Notes: a model not told the origin generated them from the letters alone. DNA of 64,000 bases from Octopus vulgaris (GCA_951406725.2 OX597814.1:195362001-195426000), one strand, 5' to 3'; positions 31,063 to 44,950 are shown, numbered from the stretch's first letter. A program made the numbers and translations.

Positions 31063-31361
31063 ATGTGTGTATGTATGTTTATGTGTCTGTGTTTGTCCCC
31101 AACGTCGCTTGACAACCGATGCTCGTGTGTTTACGTCCCCGTAACTTAGCGGTTCGGCAAAAGAGACCGATAGAATAAGTACTGGGCTTACAAAGAATAA
31201 GTCCCGGGGTCGATTTGCTCGACTAAAGGCGGTGCTCCAGCATGGCCTCGGTCAAATGACTGAAACAAGTAAAAGAGAGAAAAGAGAAACAAACAAATAT
31301 GGAAATGATTTGTTATTTACTAAAAAAGCTTTAACCGTACTGTTAACCAACCAGCTGCAGT

Positions 31362-31396
<35 letters not shown>

Positions 31397-31731
31397 CAAG
31401 ACGACGACGAATACCACCACCACCATCACCATCATCGTCGTCGTCACCGCCGTCATCGTCGTAGTCGTCATTGACATCGTGATCTTCTTAATCATTATCG
31501 TCATCATCATCATCACCATGGCCACAAACAAGTGGCGTCATGCAGGTAATGTTAATAGTTTCCAGTCTTCCACGGAATCAAGCCCAATCATAGGGAAATA
31601 TTAGGTTGCTTGGAAACAAGGGAAGGTTGCCGACAGGAAGAGCATTCGTCTGTAGAAAATCTGCCTCAACGAATTCTATCTGACGCGTGTAAATACGGAT
31701 AAGTGAACGTTAAAAAGATGATATGTATATG

Positions 31732-31767
<36 letters not shown>

Positions 31768-31772
<5 letters not shown>

Positions 31773-32070
31773 GAAATGAAGAAAATGATGACAAAATAAT
31801 TTAAGTAAGGGAGAGTGTATTTAATTAGGTGAAAGTTCTTTTTACCGGTTGCGCATTTGTTATGCTTATAAAAAGATATATATTTTTTAAAGAGAGATAG
31901 AGTTCCTTTCTGATAGATTTTAAAATCTATCAGAAAGGAACTCTATCTCTCTTAAATAAATATCTTTTGATAAGCATAACAAATGCGCAACCGGTAAAAA
32001 GAACTTTCACCTAATTAAATACACTCTCCCTTACTTAAATTATTTTGTCAGCATTTTCTTCATTTCCTTT
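31768..32070. repeat. Spacerless palindrome with about 150-bp arms carrying a hammerhead-like variant
   Basis: Centre GATTTT|AAAATC at 31921/31922; the plus arm reads UUGAUAA GCAU-AACAA-AUGC GCAAC CG GUA. Confidence 0.9.
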
Positions 32071-32109
32071 TTTTATATATCACAACTCGTGTTCCACATC
32101 TCCTTTTTT

Positions 32110-32141
<32 letters not shown>

Positions 32142-32146
<5 letters not shown>

Positions 32147-32585
32147 GTAAATATAATATGTGACAATTATTTGGTAGCCATGATAAAACTCCGAGTTTCG
32201 GATGTCGGGGCGGAAACCCACGCCGCCATCTCTTCAATTATCCGGCCATCGAAAATGCCAGAAATCGGTTGAGGACTCTGCACAGCAGAAGAATTCAATA
32301 TGAACGCCTACTACATTGATTATTCTATGAAAAACATACCTATACCATCAAGGGAACTATACTCTAAGAAACTTTTGGAGAAAATTACAGACCTTATTAA
32401 GCGGGAGTATCTTTTCGATGGCCGGATAACTGAAGAGATGGCGGCGTGGGTTTCCGCCCCGACATCAGAAACTTAAAGTTTTATCATGGCTACCGAATAA
32501 TAGTCACATATATTTACAGATAAATTCCTCTATTTACATAATATCGAGGCCTCTTTCATTTTTTTGTTGTCTTACCATTTCTATC

Positions 32586-32588
<3 letters not shown>
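32142..32588 (+). mobile_element. Internally deleted Penelope-like element with inverted termini
   Basis: Inverted repeat 32142-32255 / 32412-32522; internal ATG at 32300 encodes MNAYYIDYSMKNIPIPSRELYSKKLLEKITDLIKR, resembling PLE N-termini; hammerhead motif in each arm. Confidence 0.75.
32425..32485 (+). ncRNA. Type I hammerhead motif
   Basis: GAUAA CUGAAGA GAUG...CAUC A GAAAC UUAAA GUU UUAUC. Confidence 0.65.
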
Positions 32589-32630
<42 letters not shown>

Positions 32631-32649
32631 ATATATGTATGTATATATG

Positions 32650-32861
32650 TAAGAAGGCATGCTGAAGGTTTCTGGATTTGAAGGTATTGTGAAAGGCCTG
32701 GTTCGAGGCCCAACCTTCCGACTTTTACAGGGCTTAGAAAACCTAAAGGACCGCTGCAATAAGAGTGTGAATCAGAGAGGGGAATATATTGAATAAAATC
32801 ATAATTAACTGATCTTCCTGTATTTTCTTTTACCCAAAGTCAAGAACTTTTCAGGACACTC

Positions 32862-32865
<4 letters not shown>
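32650..32865 (+). mobile_element. Mariner-derived MITE
   Basis: Degenerate TIRs; encodes the transposase-like C-terminus GLENLKDRCNKSVNQRGEYIE*. Confidence 0.6.
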
Positions 32866-32923
<58 letters not shown>

Positions 32924-33305
32924 TCCTTCTTTCCTGAGCGTCCAATAGTACTATATTTGTTCCACGTCCTCGCGTTGTTGTGTTTTTTGTGCTTTCATGT
33001 TTAGATTAACTATATATATATATATATGTACTTTTGATATAACGATAAAATTTTATTAAAAAATTTTATCAGTCGCCAGCATATGAAAAATACCTTCCAA
33101 GGTGAAATTTTAAATACAATTATAAATAAGGGAAAAAAGAAAAAAAAAATTCTTTGCCATTATGCTCTAAAATAGACGCTAAATTGTCTAACCACATGAT
33201 ATATCTTCACTTAAAATATTTTATGAGGTTAGGCGATTCAGCATATTATCAAAAAAATTTTTTTGCCCTTATTTATATATATATTTATTTATGTGTGTAT
33301 GTGAG

Positions 33306-33351
<46 letters not shown>

Positions 33352-33603
33352 CGCGTGTATGTGTATATAATTATTAAGAATATAAATATTATTTTCTACT
33401 CTAGGCAGAAGGCCTGAAATTTTTGGGGAGGGGGATAGTCGATTAGATCGGAATCAGTACGCAACTGGTACTAAATTTATCGACCACGATAGGATGAAAA
33501 GCAAAGCCGACCTCGGCGGAGTTTGAACTCGAATCCTAAAGACCACTAAGCATTTCGCCCGACTTGCTAACATTTTCTGCCTGCACGCCGCCTTATTAAA
33601 GCG

Positions 33604-33655
<52 letters not shown>

Positions 33656-33694
33656 GCGTGCTTAATTGGCAAAAATATAACCATCTCCAAACAT

Positions 33695-33737
<43 letters not shown>

Positions 33738-33893
33738 CGAAATTGTAAGGACTTCTGGTAACTTGACTGAGGAAAGAAAGCCACGAATGGCCCATCTTTT
33801 CTTCCCTCTCCTTCTAATTGTTATTTCTCCTGTCCACCTTTGGATCGTCTATCTCTCCAAATGTTTTATTGTCCTCTATTAAGCTTTTGTTCC

Positions 33894-33980
<87 letters not shown>

Positions 33981-34320
33981 TATATATATACACTTATATA
34001 TATACACTATATACATTATATATATACACTTGTGATCTAGACAATTAGTTACGTCCGTTAGGCTCCAAGTGCGCAGCTGAGGTTAGATTTAGGAAACAGT
34101 ATTAGGGTTCCGTTATAGCAGGTATATATTATATCAGAGGAAAAAGCAAAACCAAGGCTGAATGAGTATCTCACTCGTTCTGCCTTGGTTTTTACTTTTC
34201 CCTCTAATATAGTATATATTATGAGTATATATAGTATATATCATAAGTCGCCATGATAGATCGGTAGCTACTACACATATTATTTTTCTCTCCTTGTTTC
34301 TCTCATATTTTTCTGTGTCC

Positions 34321-34356
34321 CTTTCTGTAGAAGAGCGTAGGCTCGAAACGTAAAAG
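34321..34356 (+). ncRNA. Minimal hammerhead motif, CUGU core variant
   Basis: CUUU CUGUAGA A GAGC-GUAG-GCUC GAAAC GUA AAAG. Confidence 0.7.
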
Positions 34357-34449
34357 ACTTATTCTATTCCTGAGCGTTATACTAATACATCTGTTTGTTT
34401 TGTACACCACCTGTCTTCGTCTTTTGTTTTTTTCGTAAACTCTCCCTAT

Positions 34450-34509
<60 letters not shown>

Positions 34510-34789
34510 TGTATACGTCATGCATGGGCGTCTCTCAGTTATTCGATGTGGGGAGCACAGCTTCGTAAGCAATCTTCCTACGAATATAGATAGACTTCTA
34601 TTTGCTTTATAGATTTTTTTCTCTGTGTCTAATTAAATAAGCAACATTATGACAGATAGTCCGCCCTGAATTTTTAATAAGGTTTTTATTTACTTTTTTT
34701 TTATTCATTCATTTATCTATTTTTATTTATTTTTCCTAATGTTGTTGATGTTGTTGTCTTCTAAGAGAAAACATATTAGACTTGCTTGA

Positions 34790-35890
34790 CATATTAGATC
34801 GGCTCTGTCGCCGTCACCGTCGCCGTCACTGCCACCGCCGCCGATTCTGTTGCTGCGGTTGATTGTAACTGTTGGTGCTGATGGCAATGCCCCAGCCGCT
34901 CCTGCTGCAGCTACTGTTGTTCTTCTTGCTGTTGTTGTGTGTTTGTTGCTATGGTTGTGATTGTTGATCTACTTTCTTTTATTAACGTTGATTATTTTTT
35001 ATTATTATTAATGTCATCGTTGCTGTCCTACCGCTGCTGCTGTTGTTGTTGTTGTTGACGTAGGTGATAGTTTAATGGCGATGGCGGTAGTGGTAGAGGT
35101 GGTGGTGGTAGCGGTAGAGGTGCTGGTGGTGGTTGTCGCCGTCGTTGTATTGCTGTCGTAGGTGTTGGCGTTGTTCGTTGTGTCTTTTCGCTGTCGCTGT
35201 TGTTATTGTGGTGGTAGTTGTTGTGGTTGTTGTTGGCAGTGGTGGTGGTGGTGCTGGTGCTGTTGCTGGTGACGGTGGTGATGGCGGTTATTCTCATCAT
35301 TTGTTCTTATCAATGTTTCTGTTGACATCGTTGTTGGTCATGACGGCGGAGGCGGAGGAGGTGGCGATGGTGGTGGTTGCGGCGGTCGTGGTGGCGGCGG
35401 CAGCGGTGGTGTTTCGTTGAGCGCTGTTGTTACTGTCATCAATGCCCTTGTCCATTGGTGCGGTCGTCTTGACGATGTTGTTGTTATAGTAATGGCAGTA
35501 AGGTGGGATGGGTGGGTGGGTGGGCGATCTTTCGGGGTGATGGTGGAGGTGATGATGATGATGCTGGTGGTGGTGGTCGTGGTGGGGCTTTTGACGCTGT
35601 TGTTATTGTCATCACTATTGTCATAGTTGTCGTTGATCTTATTTTTACTACTTATTATATTACTACGTTTCTTTGTTTCTTGTTTGTTTTGGTTATGTTG
35701 TTTTTGCATTTCGATGAATCATTTATTATTATATTTATTTATTTATTTATTCACTTAGTATACACCTACCATCATGAATTGTCATCGTCGTCGTCGTTCT
35801 AGTTAATGCTACCATTGTTGCTGTTGTTGTTGTTGTTGTTCGTGTCAAGAGTAGTGACAATGATGGCGGCAGCGGCGGCGGTGTTTTTTT
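34790..35890. repeat. Degenerate trinucleotide low-complexity region (GTT/GGT/GCG)
   Basis: Direct reading. Confidence 0.85.
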
Positions 35891-36185
35891 TTGTTTTTTC
35901 TTTTCGCGTAAACCTAATTCTAGCTTTTGTTATTCGAAATATAATTCCTAACCGCCATGAACAATATATAAGCATGTGTGTCACATTCCATTCCAGTTGT
36001 TACCGAAGATATGAATGTATGTCAATGAAAGGGGTTTCGTTTTTCTTGGGCTTTAGTTCTAAAATTTCAGGTGTGTGAAACACATTGACCAATTTACCGA
36101 GTAAACGGATCACCTGTTGATTGGTCAATTGTCCACCAGCTGTCTTTGATGTATCTTTAAGACTAAGATACAATATCTGTTCGTG

Positions 36186-36252
<67 letters not shown>

Positions 36253-36583
36253 CTATCTATTGTATATATATTTTATCACTATTATCTATCTATCTATCTA
36301 TGTATATATATTTATCTATCTATTTTATCTATCTATCTATCTATCTATCTAAGTATAAGCATATTAAAAAGGGTCCGTGGGAAAACTCATTTAAATAAGA
36401 GGGGTCTTTCGTAGTAAAATGGTTGGGAACCGCTGCCATAGACCCAAGATTCATCACATGTTATGACTGTTTTCAAAAAGATTTCGTCTTGCTCGACACA
36501 ATTAAGGAGATCCGATCTTCTTTTTGAGATGAGCGCCCTCTACACACTTTATTTCCAAGTACTGATATAAAAAACAGAAGATT

Positions 36584-36629
<46 letters not shown>

Positions 36630-36880
36630 GATATATATATAGAGAGAGAGAGAGAAAAAGAAAGAGAGAAAGAACGTTATAACTTCGTGTGTATGCACGA
36701 CAGAGGTCAAAATCAACCTGTGCAGCTTCATTCTGCGCACTTGAGCTCCGTTACCATAGCAACAGTCCCGGTACCTTTTGATCAGACATCATATGGATGG
36801 GTCATGGTTGGAGTATCAATCACATCGTTGTGTTTTTGCATCTTTTGATGTTGGATCTGACTCACAGTTTGAAAACTATA

Positions 36881-37238
36881 TACTAGGTCTGATAAGTATC
36901 CGGCCTGTTGTCATAGTAACGAAGCTAAGGTACGCAGGGTAAAGCCATTTGGTACAGATTGAACGATGAACACTTTTTGAAAACCTTTTTGCCAAGCTTT
37001 TGGCAAAATTTGATGTAGATTCACTGCTCAACCTTCTGTCATGGTCAGTGCGACGATCACACGCTACACACGTTACTTCGAATCACTGCTGTAAGCAGCA
37101 CAAGTAAGCTAGAACGTTAAAACTTAGTGCGCATGTTCAGCAGAGTTCAGGGTCGATCTGTGCCAAGTGGCTTTACTCTGCGTATTTCAGCTTCTTTGCT
37201 ATGGCAACAGCTCGGATACTTGTTGATCAGACCACGTA
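36881..37238. mobile_element. Mariner-type MITE (a second TIR fragment at about 36700-36793)
   Basis: TACTAGGTCTGAT..AAGTATCCGGCCTGTTGTCATAG at the left end and CTATGGCAACAGCTCGGATACTT..ATCAGACCACGTA at the right end. Confidence 0.7.
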
Positions 37239-38349
37239 AGAACCCAAAACGACATGGTTCGAAAGTGATATTCTTAACGAAACATCTGTGTCTCTAGCTA
37301 TGAAATGTAAAATGTGATGGATCTTTGTTGTTCGACGATGAGGATTCAGCTGAATTTCCTCCTCTTCATGTGACGCGTATGTGGCAGCTGATCAGTCTGC
37401 AAACATGTATTCTTAACATAATTCTTGGACAGAATCGGCGTGACACAGTGTGTAACATGGCTACAATTATACGGTGTGTGACATGGCTACGATTACAGGT
37501 ACAATCCTTGCGACAGGTTTTTATACAGATTCCGTCTACTGAATTTAGCTCACACTGTATGAAGCTTTCTGGGGCTATAGAAAAATGACACGTTCCAAAA
37601 TTCCAGGATCTCACGGTTGCGATGCAGACTTCTTAACCACGCAGTCATTCTTGCGTCTACGAAGATATATAACATGAAATATAAATTGGCGGTTATTTAA
37701 TATTGTTAGGGGGTTCTCGGAATTGAATTAAAAAAAGAAATGTTGGAAAAAAAATTGAGTCACATGAAATATAAATCCCCAATTATTGTATTGTGTCATG
37801 AGTAAGATATTTACAAAAAAGAAGACCCTCTTATATGGGTTCAATGTGATGACGGAAGTCATAGAAATATAGGAATGTCAGGATTATACGAAAAACGAAA
37901 CAAAAAAGATATTGCATTCAATCCTGTGAAAGAAATATTGCATCACCTCACCCTTTGAATAATTCAACATTCTACATTCCTTTGAATAATCGGGATTTTA
38001 TTATTCCTGAAAATTTTAATTTATATAATGTTTATATTGCTTTAAAATTATGAATGCTTTACAATCCATTCGTTTATATAGAGAACTAAGATGAACACGT
38101 ATGGGGTTTTCTTTTTGTAAACTACACCTCATGTTGAACACAATGCAACAGTTGTAGATTTATGTTTTATGAAATTAAAAATTATTTATATTTACTTCCT
38201 AATCATCTCCTGTATTTTCAACATCCTGTGACCCGTTGCCTATTTGTTTTTATCGTTATATTTTTCATCTTATCAAGCATTATTCACCGTTCAATCTATA
38301 AACTACATCCTTTTTTGTTATTGTACTAGTCTCATGATTTTTGTCCTTG

Positions 38350-38404
<55 letters not shown>

Positions 38405-40019
38405 TTCGCTCGTTTATGCCCCAGTAGCTATACTGCTGGAAGATGTCGAAATTGTAATGAGATTTGATCGACAACTGATGAAGGATGAGCTTGTCTGCGT
38501 CTCTCGGAATTTAATTAAAAAGAGAAATGGAAAAAAAAAATATACGTTAAGTCACATGAAATATAAATTCCCAATTACTGTATTGTGTCACGAGTAAGAT
38601 ATCATTTACAAAGAAAGGACTCTCTTATATGGGTTCAATCTGGTGATGGAAGTCATAGAAATGTAGGAATGTCATGATTTTACGAAAAACGAAACGAAAC
38701 AAAACATATTGCATTCAATCTTTTGAAAGAAATATTGAATCACCTCATCCTTTGAATAATTCAACATTCTACTTTCTCTTGAATAATCAGGATTTTAATA
38801 TTCCTTAATATGCAATAACTCAGGTCTGTGTTGAAGTTTAGGAAATTCAACTGATAAAGAATTTTACATCACAAACTCTTATAGAACCTTTAAACCTTTG
38901 ACAATCTATTTTTGCGCGATTTTTGGCATGAGGTTTCAGCTGTTCTGCTTCTACTCATTTCACTCCAGTATCTTTCAGAGACAGCACTGGTCGTTCGGTT
39001 CCAAGCTGCTGAGCTGTAGAAGAGAAATAATTAGTTTGGCTAAAAGTCAATGTATCTCCATATGAATATTCGCAAAAATATCTTCTCACACACACCCAAA
39101 CACACCGAGACACGCACAAACCTAAACATGTATCTTAATAATATCTTCCCCTCACGTGCAAACATTCAAATATACATATGTAAGTATATATTTATATGTG
39201 TGTATTTGTATGTATTTGTACACACACACAAACACGCACGCACACACTCACACAAACACACACAAACACACAAACAAGCAACCACACACACATTCTTTTA
39301 ACTTTCTAACCTTTTACTTGTTTCAGTCATGTGATTGCGGCCATGCTGGGGCACCGCCTTGAAGAATTTTTCTCGAAAGGATCGACCTTAGTACATTTTT
39401 AAAAGTCAGGTATTTATTCTATGAGTCCCTTTTGGCGAACCGCTTGGTTAAGAGGATGTAAACACAATGACACCGGTGGGGGTGACAGATGCAGACAAAA
39501 AGACACGCACACACACACACGCACACACACGCACGCACACACATACGCACATATACACACATGGATACACTATATATTCTTTTAATTGCTTAGGTCATTT
39601 GACTGCAGCCATGCTGGAGCACCGCCTTACAGGGGTTTATTTGAAGAAATCGACCCCAGGACTTACTCCTTGTAAGCCTAGTACTTATTCTATCGCCTCT
39701 TCTGTCGAACTGCTAAGTTACGGGGACATAAACACACCAGCATCAGTTGTCAAGCGATGGCGGGGTGACAAACAGACAGACAGACAGACACACACACACA
39801 CATATGGTAAAAGGTCAATGTAGAAAATGCTAAAATAATTTTATAAAAAACATTTTAGTACCGGTTTCGGTCATTGAGACTTTTTTAACTCTAAGAATGG
39901 GAAACAATTAAATTTTGAAAAAATTAAATGAAAAGGTTTTAAAAGAGTATTTGTACAGTATTCAAATACAAGGGCAATTTTCTTTGTTTCTTTCTGTCTC
40001 TGTGTCTCTTGTTTACTCT

Positions 40020-40335
40020 TGTGGGTTCGAGGTCCCGGACCGGACAGCGTCTTGTGTTCTTGAGCAAGACACTTTATCTCAAGTTGCTCCAGTTCATTCA
40101 GCTGTAGAAATTAGTTGCGACGTCACAGGTGCCAAACTGTATCGGCCTCTTTGACTTTCCCTTGGATGATATTGATGGCATGGAGAGGGGAGGCTGGTAT
40201 GCATGGGCAACTGCTGGTCTTCCATAAAAGCAACCCTGGGTTGTACGTTCGCCGGTGAGGCGACTTTCCGCTCAGACTTGTACCCCGGAGGGGAACCTCT
40301 AAGGTGTACCCATGGTCGTTCGTGACCAACAGAGT
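40020..40335 (+). mobile_element. SINE family D (CORE-like), 5'-truncated
   Basis: Homologous to 54080-54660. Confidence 0.7.
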
Positions 40336-40339
40336 CGTG

Positions 40340-40392
<53 letters not shown>

Positions 40393-40562
40393 ACGGGCTT
40401 CTTTCAGTTTCCGTCTACGAAACCCACTCAGAAGGATTCGGTCGGCTCGAGGCTATAGTAGAAGATACTGGCCGAAGGTTCCACTCAGAGGGGCTGAACC
40501 CGAAACCCTGTGGCTGGGAAGCAAGCTTCTTACCACATAAGTACGCTTACAACTACGCCTAC

Positions 40563-40598
<36 letters not shown>

Positions 40599-40612
40599 CA
40601 ACTACGCCTACG

Positions 40613-40667
<55 letters not shown>

Positions 40668-40699
40668 ATGTGTGTGTATGTGTGTGTGTGTGTGTATTA

Positions 40700-40762
<63 letters not shown>

Positions 40763-41285
40763 TTATTTATCTATCTACCTATCTCTCTATATGTATATGC
40801 ACAGAATGAAATGAATGTTTCATTATCATTAACATAAACCAGAACAGTTGGGTCCAGTTTTCAGATGCTTGTGTATTTGTTTTTGTGTGTATTTAAATAT
40901 ACCAAGTATGTATATACATGCAAGCCTCGACAAGACCTCCGTAGAGAATCTGCGAGGAGAATTAAAAAGAAGACGGCCAACTTGAACTTGAGGAGCAGCA
41001 ATTAGACGAAGCTGAAGCCAGCTATCGAGACTGCCTGGGTCTCCTATCGTATCTAACTGAGCAGTGTCACGGATTTTCTCTCCCAGTGTTACGAAGCATT
41101 CAAGTAATAAATGAAACAAAGAAATCTTAAATAAGCTCTAACTAACCGTCGATATCCATCTTTCAATTTTTAACCAGCTTTCTCCATTGTAATATGTTTC
41201 TCATGTTCGGATATTACATTTTAATATACTGAGTTATTGGATTGGATCAATCCTTATATGGAGACCGTGAATGTTATCTAAAAAT

Positions 41286-41900
41286 CAGTGCTTCTCAATG
41301 GGGTTCTATATGACCGTTGGGGGTCCACATAAGGTACAAGTTTGTGAGCATTACATTACTCTTTTACTCTTTTACTTGTTTCAGTCATTTGACTGCGGCC
41401 ATGCTGGAGCATCGCCTTGAGTCGAGCAAATCGACCCCAGGACTTATTCTTTGTAAGCCTAGTACTTATTCTATCGGTCTCTTTTTGCCGAACCGCTAAG
41501 TTATGGGGACGTAAACACACCAGCATCGGTTGTTAAGCGATGTTGGGGGGGTCAAGCACAGACACACACCCAGACACACACAGACACAGACACACACACA
41601 GACACACACACACACACACACACACATACACATATACGACGTGATTCTTTCAGTTTCCGCCTACCAAATCCACTCACAAGGCTTTGGTCGGCCAGAGGCT
41701 ACTTGCTTAAGGTGCCACGCAGTGGGACTGAACCCGGAACCATGTGGTTCGTACGCAAAATATTTTAATAGTTTTTATAAAATACAATCCCTAATGATAT
41801 TTAATTATCAAAATACAATAGGATTTTGGTAATACGGGGTCCAGTAGAGAGAAATAGGAATCTAAGGGGTCTACAGACAAAACATGGTTGAGAACTACTG
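41286..41900. mobile_element. hAT/Charlie-like MITE with a nested SINE A (41358-41755, minus strand)
   Basis: TIR CAGTGCTTCTCAA / TTGAGAACTACTG with GGGGTCC subterminal motifs; TSD not clean. Confidence 0.6.
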
Positions 41901-42561
41901 CTTTAGATCAATAAAATATAAAGAATGGATTAGAATAAATTAGCGTAGATTAGTATAACTTAGTATAGATTTAGTAACACTTATACAATTGAAATTTTTA
42001 CGTTGTAGTTGTTTTTATCTTTTAGCTTTCATTTGTTTTCAGTCATTTGATTGCGGCCATACTGGGGCACCAACTTACAGACATTTTGTCGAACAAATCG
42101 ATCACAGTACTTATTTTTTTAAAAGTCTGTTACTTATTTCATGAGTCTCGTTTGCCGAACAGGTAATGGTGGGGATGTAAACAAAGCGAGACCGGTTGTT
42201 AAGCGGTGGGAAGGGATTAAACAGACACAAAGACACACATATATATACACATACACATATATATGTATATATGTGAATATGAATGCATATTTATATACAT
42301 ATGTATATATATATATATATATGTACATATATATGTATATATATATATATGGACATATATATGTATATATAGTACGTGTATGTATATATATGCATATATA
42401 CATATATACATATATATGTATATATATGTGTGTGTGTGTGTATATATATGTATATATATATTAATGTTTGTTTTTATGTTCAATTATAATAAACACAATT
42501 TTACATTAATCTCATGAGTTACCCAATACTTTTTTAGAATGCAAAATTATTCTTATCAAGA

Positions 42562-42625
<64 letters not shown>

Positions 42626-42960
42626 AAATAAAACATATGCATATATATAAACATATATGTACGTACCTACCTCTACATGTACATATACACGCATATATGA
42701 GTACAGGACACCAAAAAGACGTCGAACACAATGAGAAACGAAAACATAGACACAAACCCAAGGAACTGGACATTTTATTAAACAACAAAAAAATAGAGTA
42801 CAGGACAATTAACACAAAGAAAAAAACCCCTTCTTCAGTCGCTATGGTTTCATCTACTCTACGTTTCGAAATATATATATATATATATATATATATACTA
42901 GTATGCACACAAGCGAAAGAAAGTGGCAAGAATACATTTGTTTGGAATTACACATATTCA

Positions 42961-43085
42961 TTAGTAACAGGTTGATTTAGGCTTCATGCAACTTAAAGTT
43001 TTCTAAGCTCATCAAAAGAACCTTACTCTTTTGACGAGCCTAGGAAACTTTAAGTTGCATGGAACCGAAATCAAACTGTTATTAA
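42961..43085. repeat. Imperfect inverted repeat, about 58-bp arms
   Basis: 42961-43018 pairs with 43027-43085. Confidence 0.85.
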
Positions 43086-43315
43086 GTTATACATAGATAC
43101 ATGAAGTAGTTGGATCTAATCGATTGTGGAAGAATAGTTGTTTAGCCTCTAGTACATGCAGGGCTATATACAAAGCAAAAAGGGTTACGATAAAGGTCAA
43201 TAATGCTTATTGATCCATGTACCAAATACGTTTTGCCCCATATAAAAATTATAAATTAAATCTTTATGACAGTTGCTATGCAATTCTTGCATCAAAATAA
43301 CTTACGTTGCTTAGT

Positions 43316-43708
43316 TTTTTTTTTTTGAAGCACTCCGTCGGTTACGACGACGAGGGTTCCGGTTGATCCGATCAACGGAACAGCCGGCTCGTGAAATTAA
43401 CGTGTAAGTGGCTGAGCACTCCACAGACACGTGTACCCTTAACGTAGTTCTCGGGGATATTCAGCGTGACACAGAGAGTGACAAGGCTGGCCCTTTGAAA
43501 TACAGGTACAACAGAAACAGGAAGTAAGGGTGAGAGAAAGTTGTGGTGAAAGAGTACAGCAGGGATCACCACCAACCCCTGCCGGAGCCTCGTGGAGCTT
43601 TAGGTGTTTTCGCTCAATAAACACTCACAAGGCCCGGTCTGGGAATCGAAGCCGCGATCCTACGACCGCGAGTCCGCTGCCCTAACTACTGGGCCATTGC
43701 ACCTCCAC
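43316..43708 (-). mobile_element. SINE family B with a poly(A) tail
   Basis: TSD ACGTTGCTTAGT at 43304-43315 and 43711-43722. Confidence 0.92.
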
Positions 43709-44348
43709 AAACGTTGCTTAGTATGCGATAATTGAATGAGTGAATCAAATGTATTGACGAATCAATTATGCAATACATATGTTTCAAAAATATATGGGAT
43801 CTGTATTATTTAACATTAAAACTGTTACGTAATTTTACCATGCATCTTATTTCCAGATACATCTAGTTTGTTTTGCGATATTATTAAATCATGTTTTGGG
43901 AAAAATTGAAATAGAAGCGGTATTCCATTTTTTTTTCTTTGACAATCAAACGAGGAAAGGAAAGTAGTTTTCGTAAAAATCCAATCGAATTACATTACCG
44001 AGATAGAAAGACGTTTATCGTGTTATCTGCGTTGTTTAATATATGATGTGACTTTTAAATATCGAAGATAGAAAATATTATCACTTTGCAATAATAATCC
44101 GCACAGGTAGGCGCCACACTAGAAGGCTTAAGACACTCGAAAAGAATGCTTGTAAATTAGAGATGATAAGGCGAGTTGTAAAAGATCATTAGAAGAAAAA
44201 TAAGAGGGGAAAGAAAAATGGATAAGTATATACATGCACATAGGTATATATACATATTTCTTTACATATACACACACATACATATATATGCATATGTATA
44301 CACAGAGGCCCAATGCAAACTCTCTCTCTCACACACACATATATCTCA

Positions 44349-44420
<72 letters not shown>

Positions 44421-44430
44421 CATCTATCTA

Positions 44431-44499
<69 letters not shown>

Positions 44500-44556
44500 T
44501 ATAATATATATATTAAATTATATGCACGCAATGTACACACACGCAAGCCAAGAGTT

Positions 44557-44600
<44 letters not shown>

Positions 44601-44950
44601 CATATTTATATATATATATATACATATATATCTGTATGTACCTATACACACAGACAATTGAATATACATAAACATACATATACACATAAATATACATATA
44701 TATTTATCCTTTGTTATGTTTCTACCCACATATTTATAAGGACAAGCGTGTTTACCTGAAAATACAGGGGTGGACATACTTACGAATATATATATATAAT
44801 TAAAAATATCAAAGGGTAATCTGAAATATTAGAAATGTCCATTACCAGTGGCCTGGCGTGTAAAACATTTAGTCAATAGACCATATATTATTCATATAAA
44901 TACAGTGTACATTTAAACACATACCTCTTTTGTGTTTAAATATATATATA

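Larger units (their letters stand above)
27717..31285 (+). mobile_element. SINE A split by a LINE insertion (5' half 27717-27894, 3' half 30984-31285)
   Basis: The two halves join to give a complete family A copy. Confidence 0.85.

Noticed and set aside
40915-41130. Coding-like stretch or LTR
   Set aside because: No recognisable domain, no clear termini or TSD
43027-43060. Hammerhead in the 42961-43085 hairpin (UUGACGA..GAAAC)
   Set aside because: Stems I and II do not form convincingly
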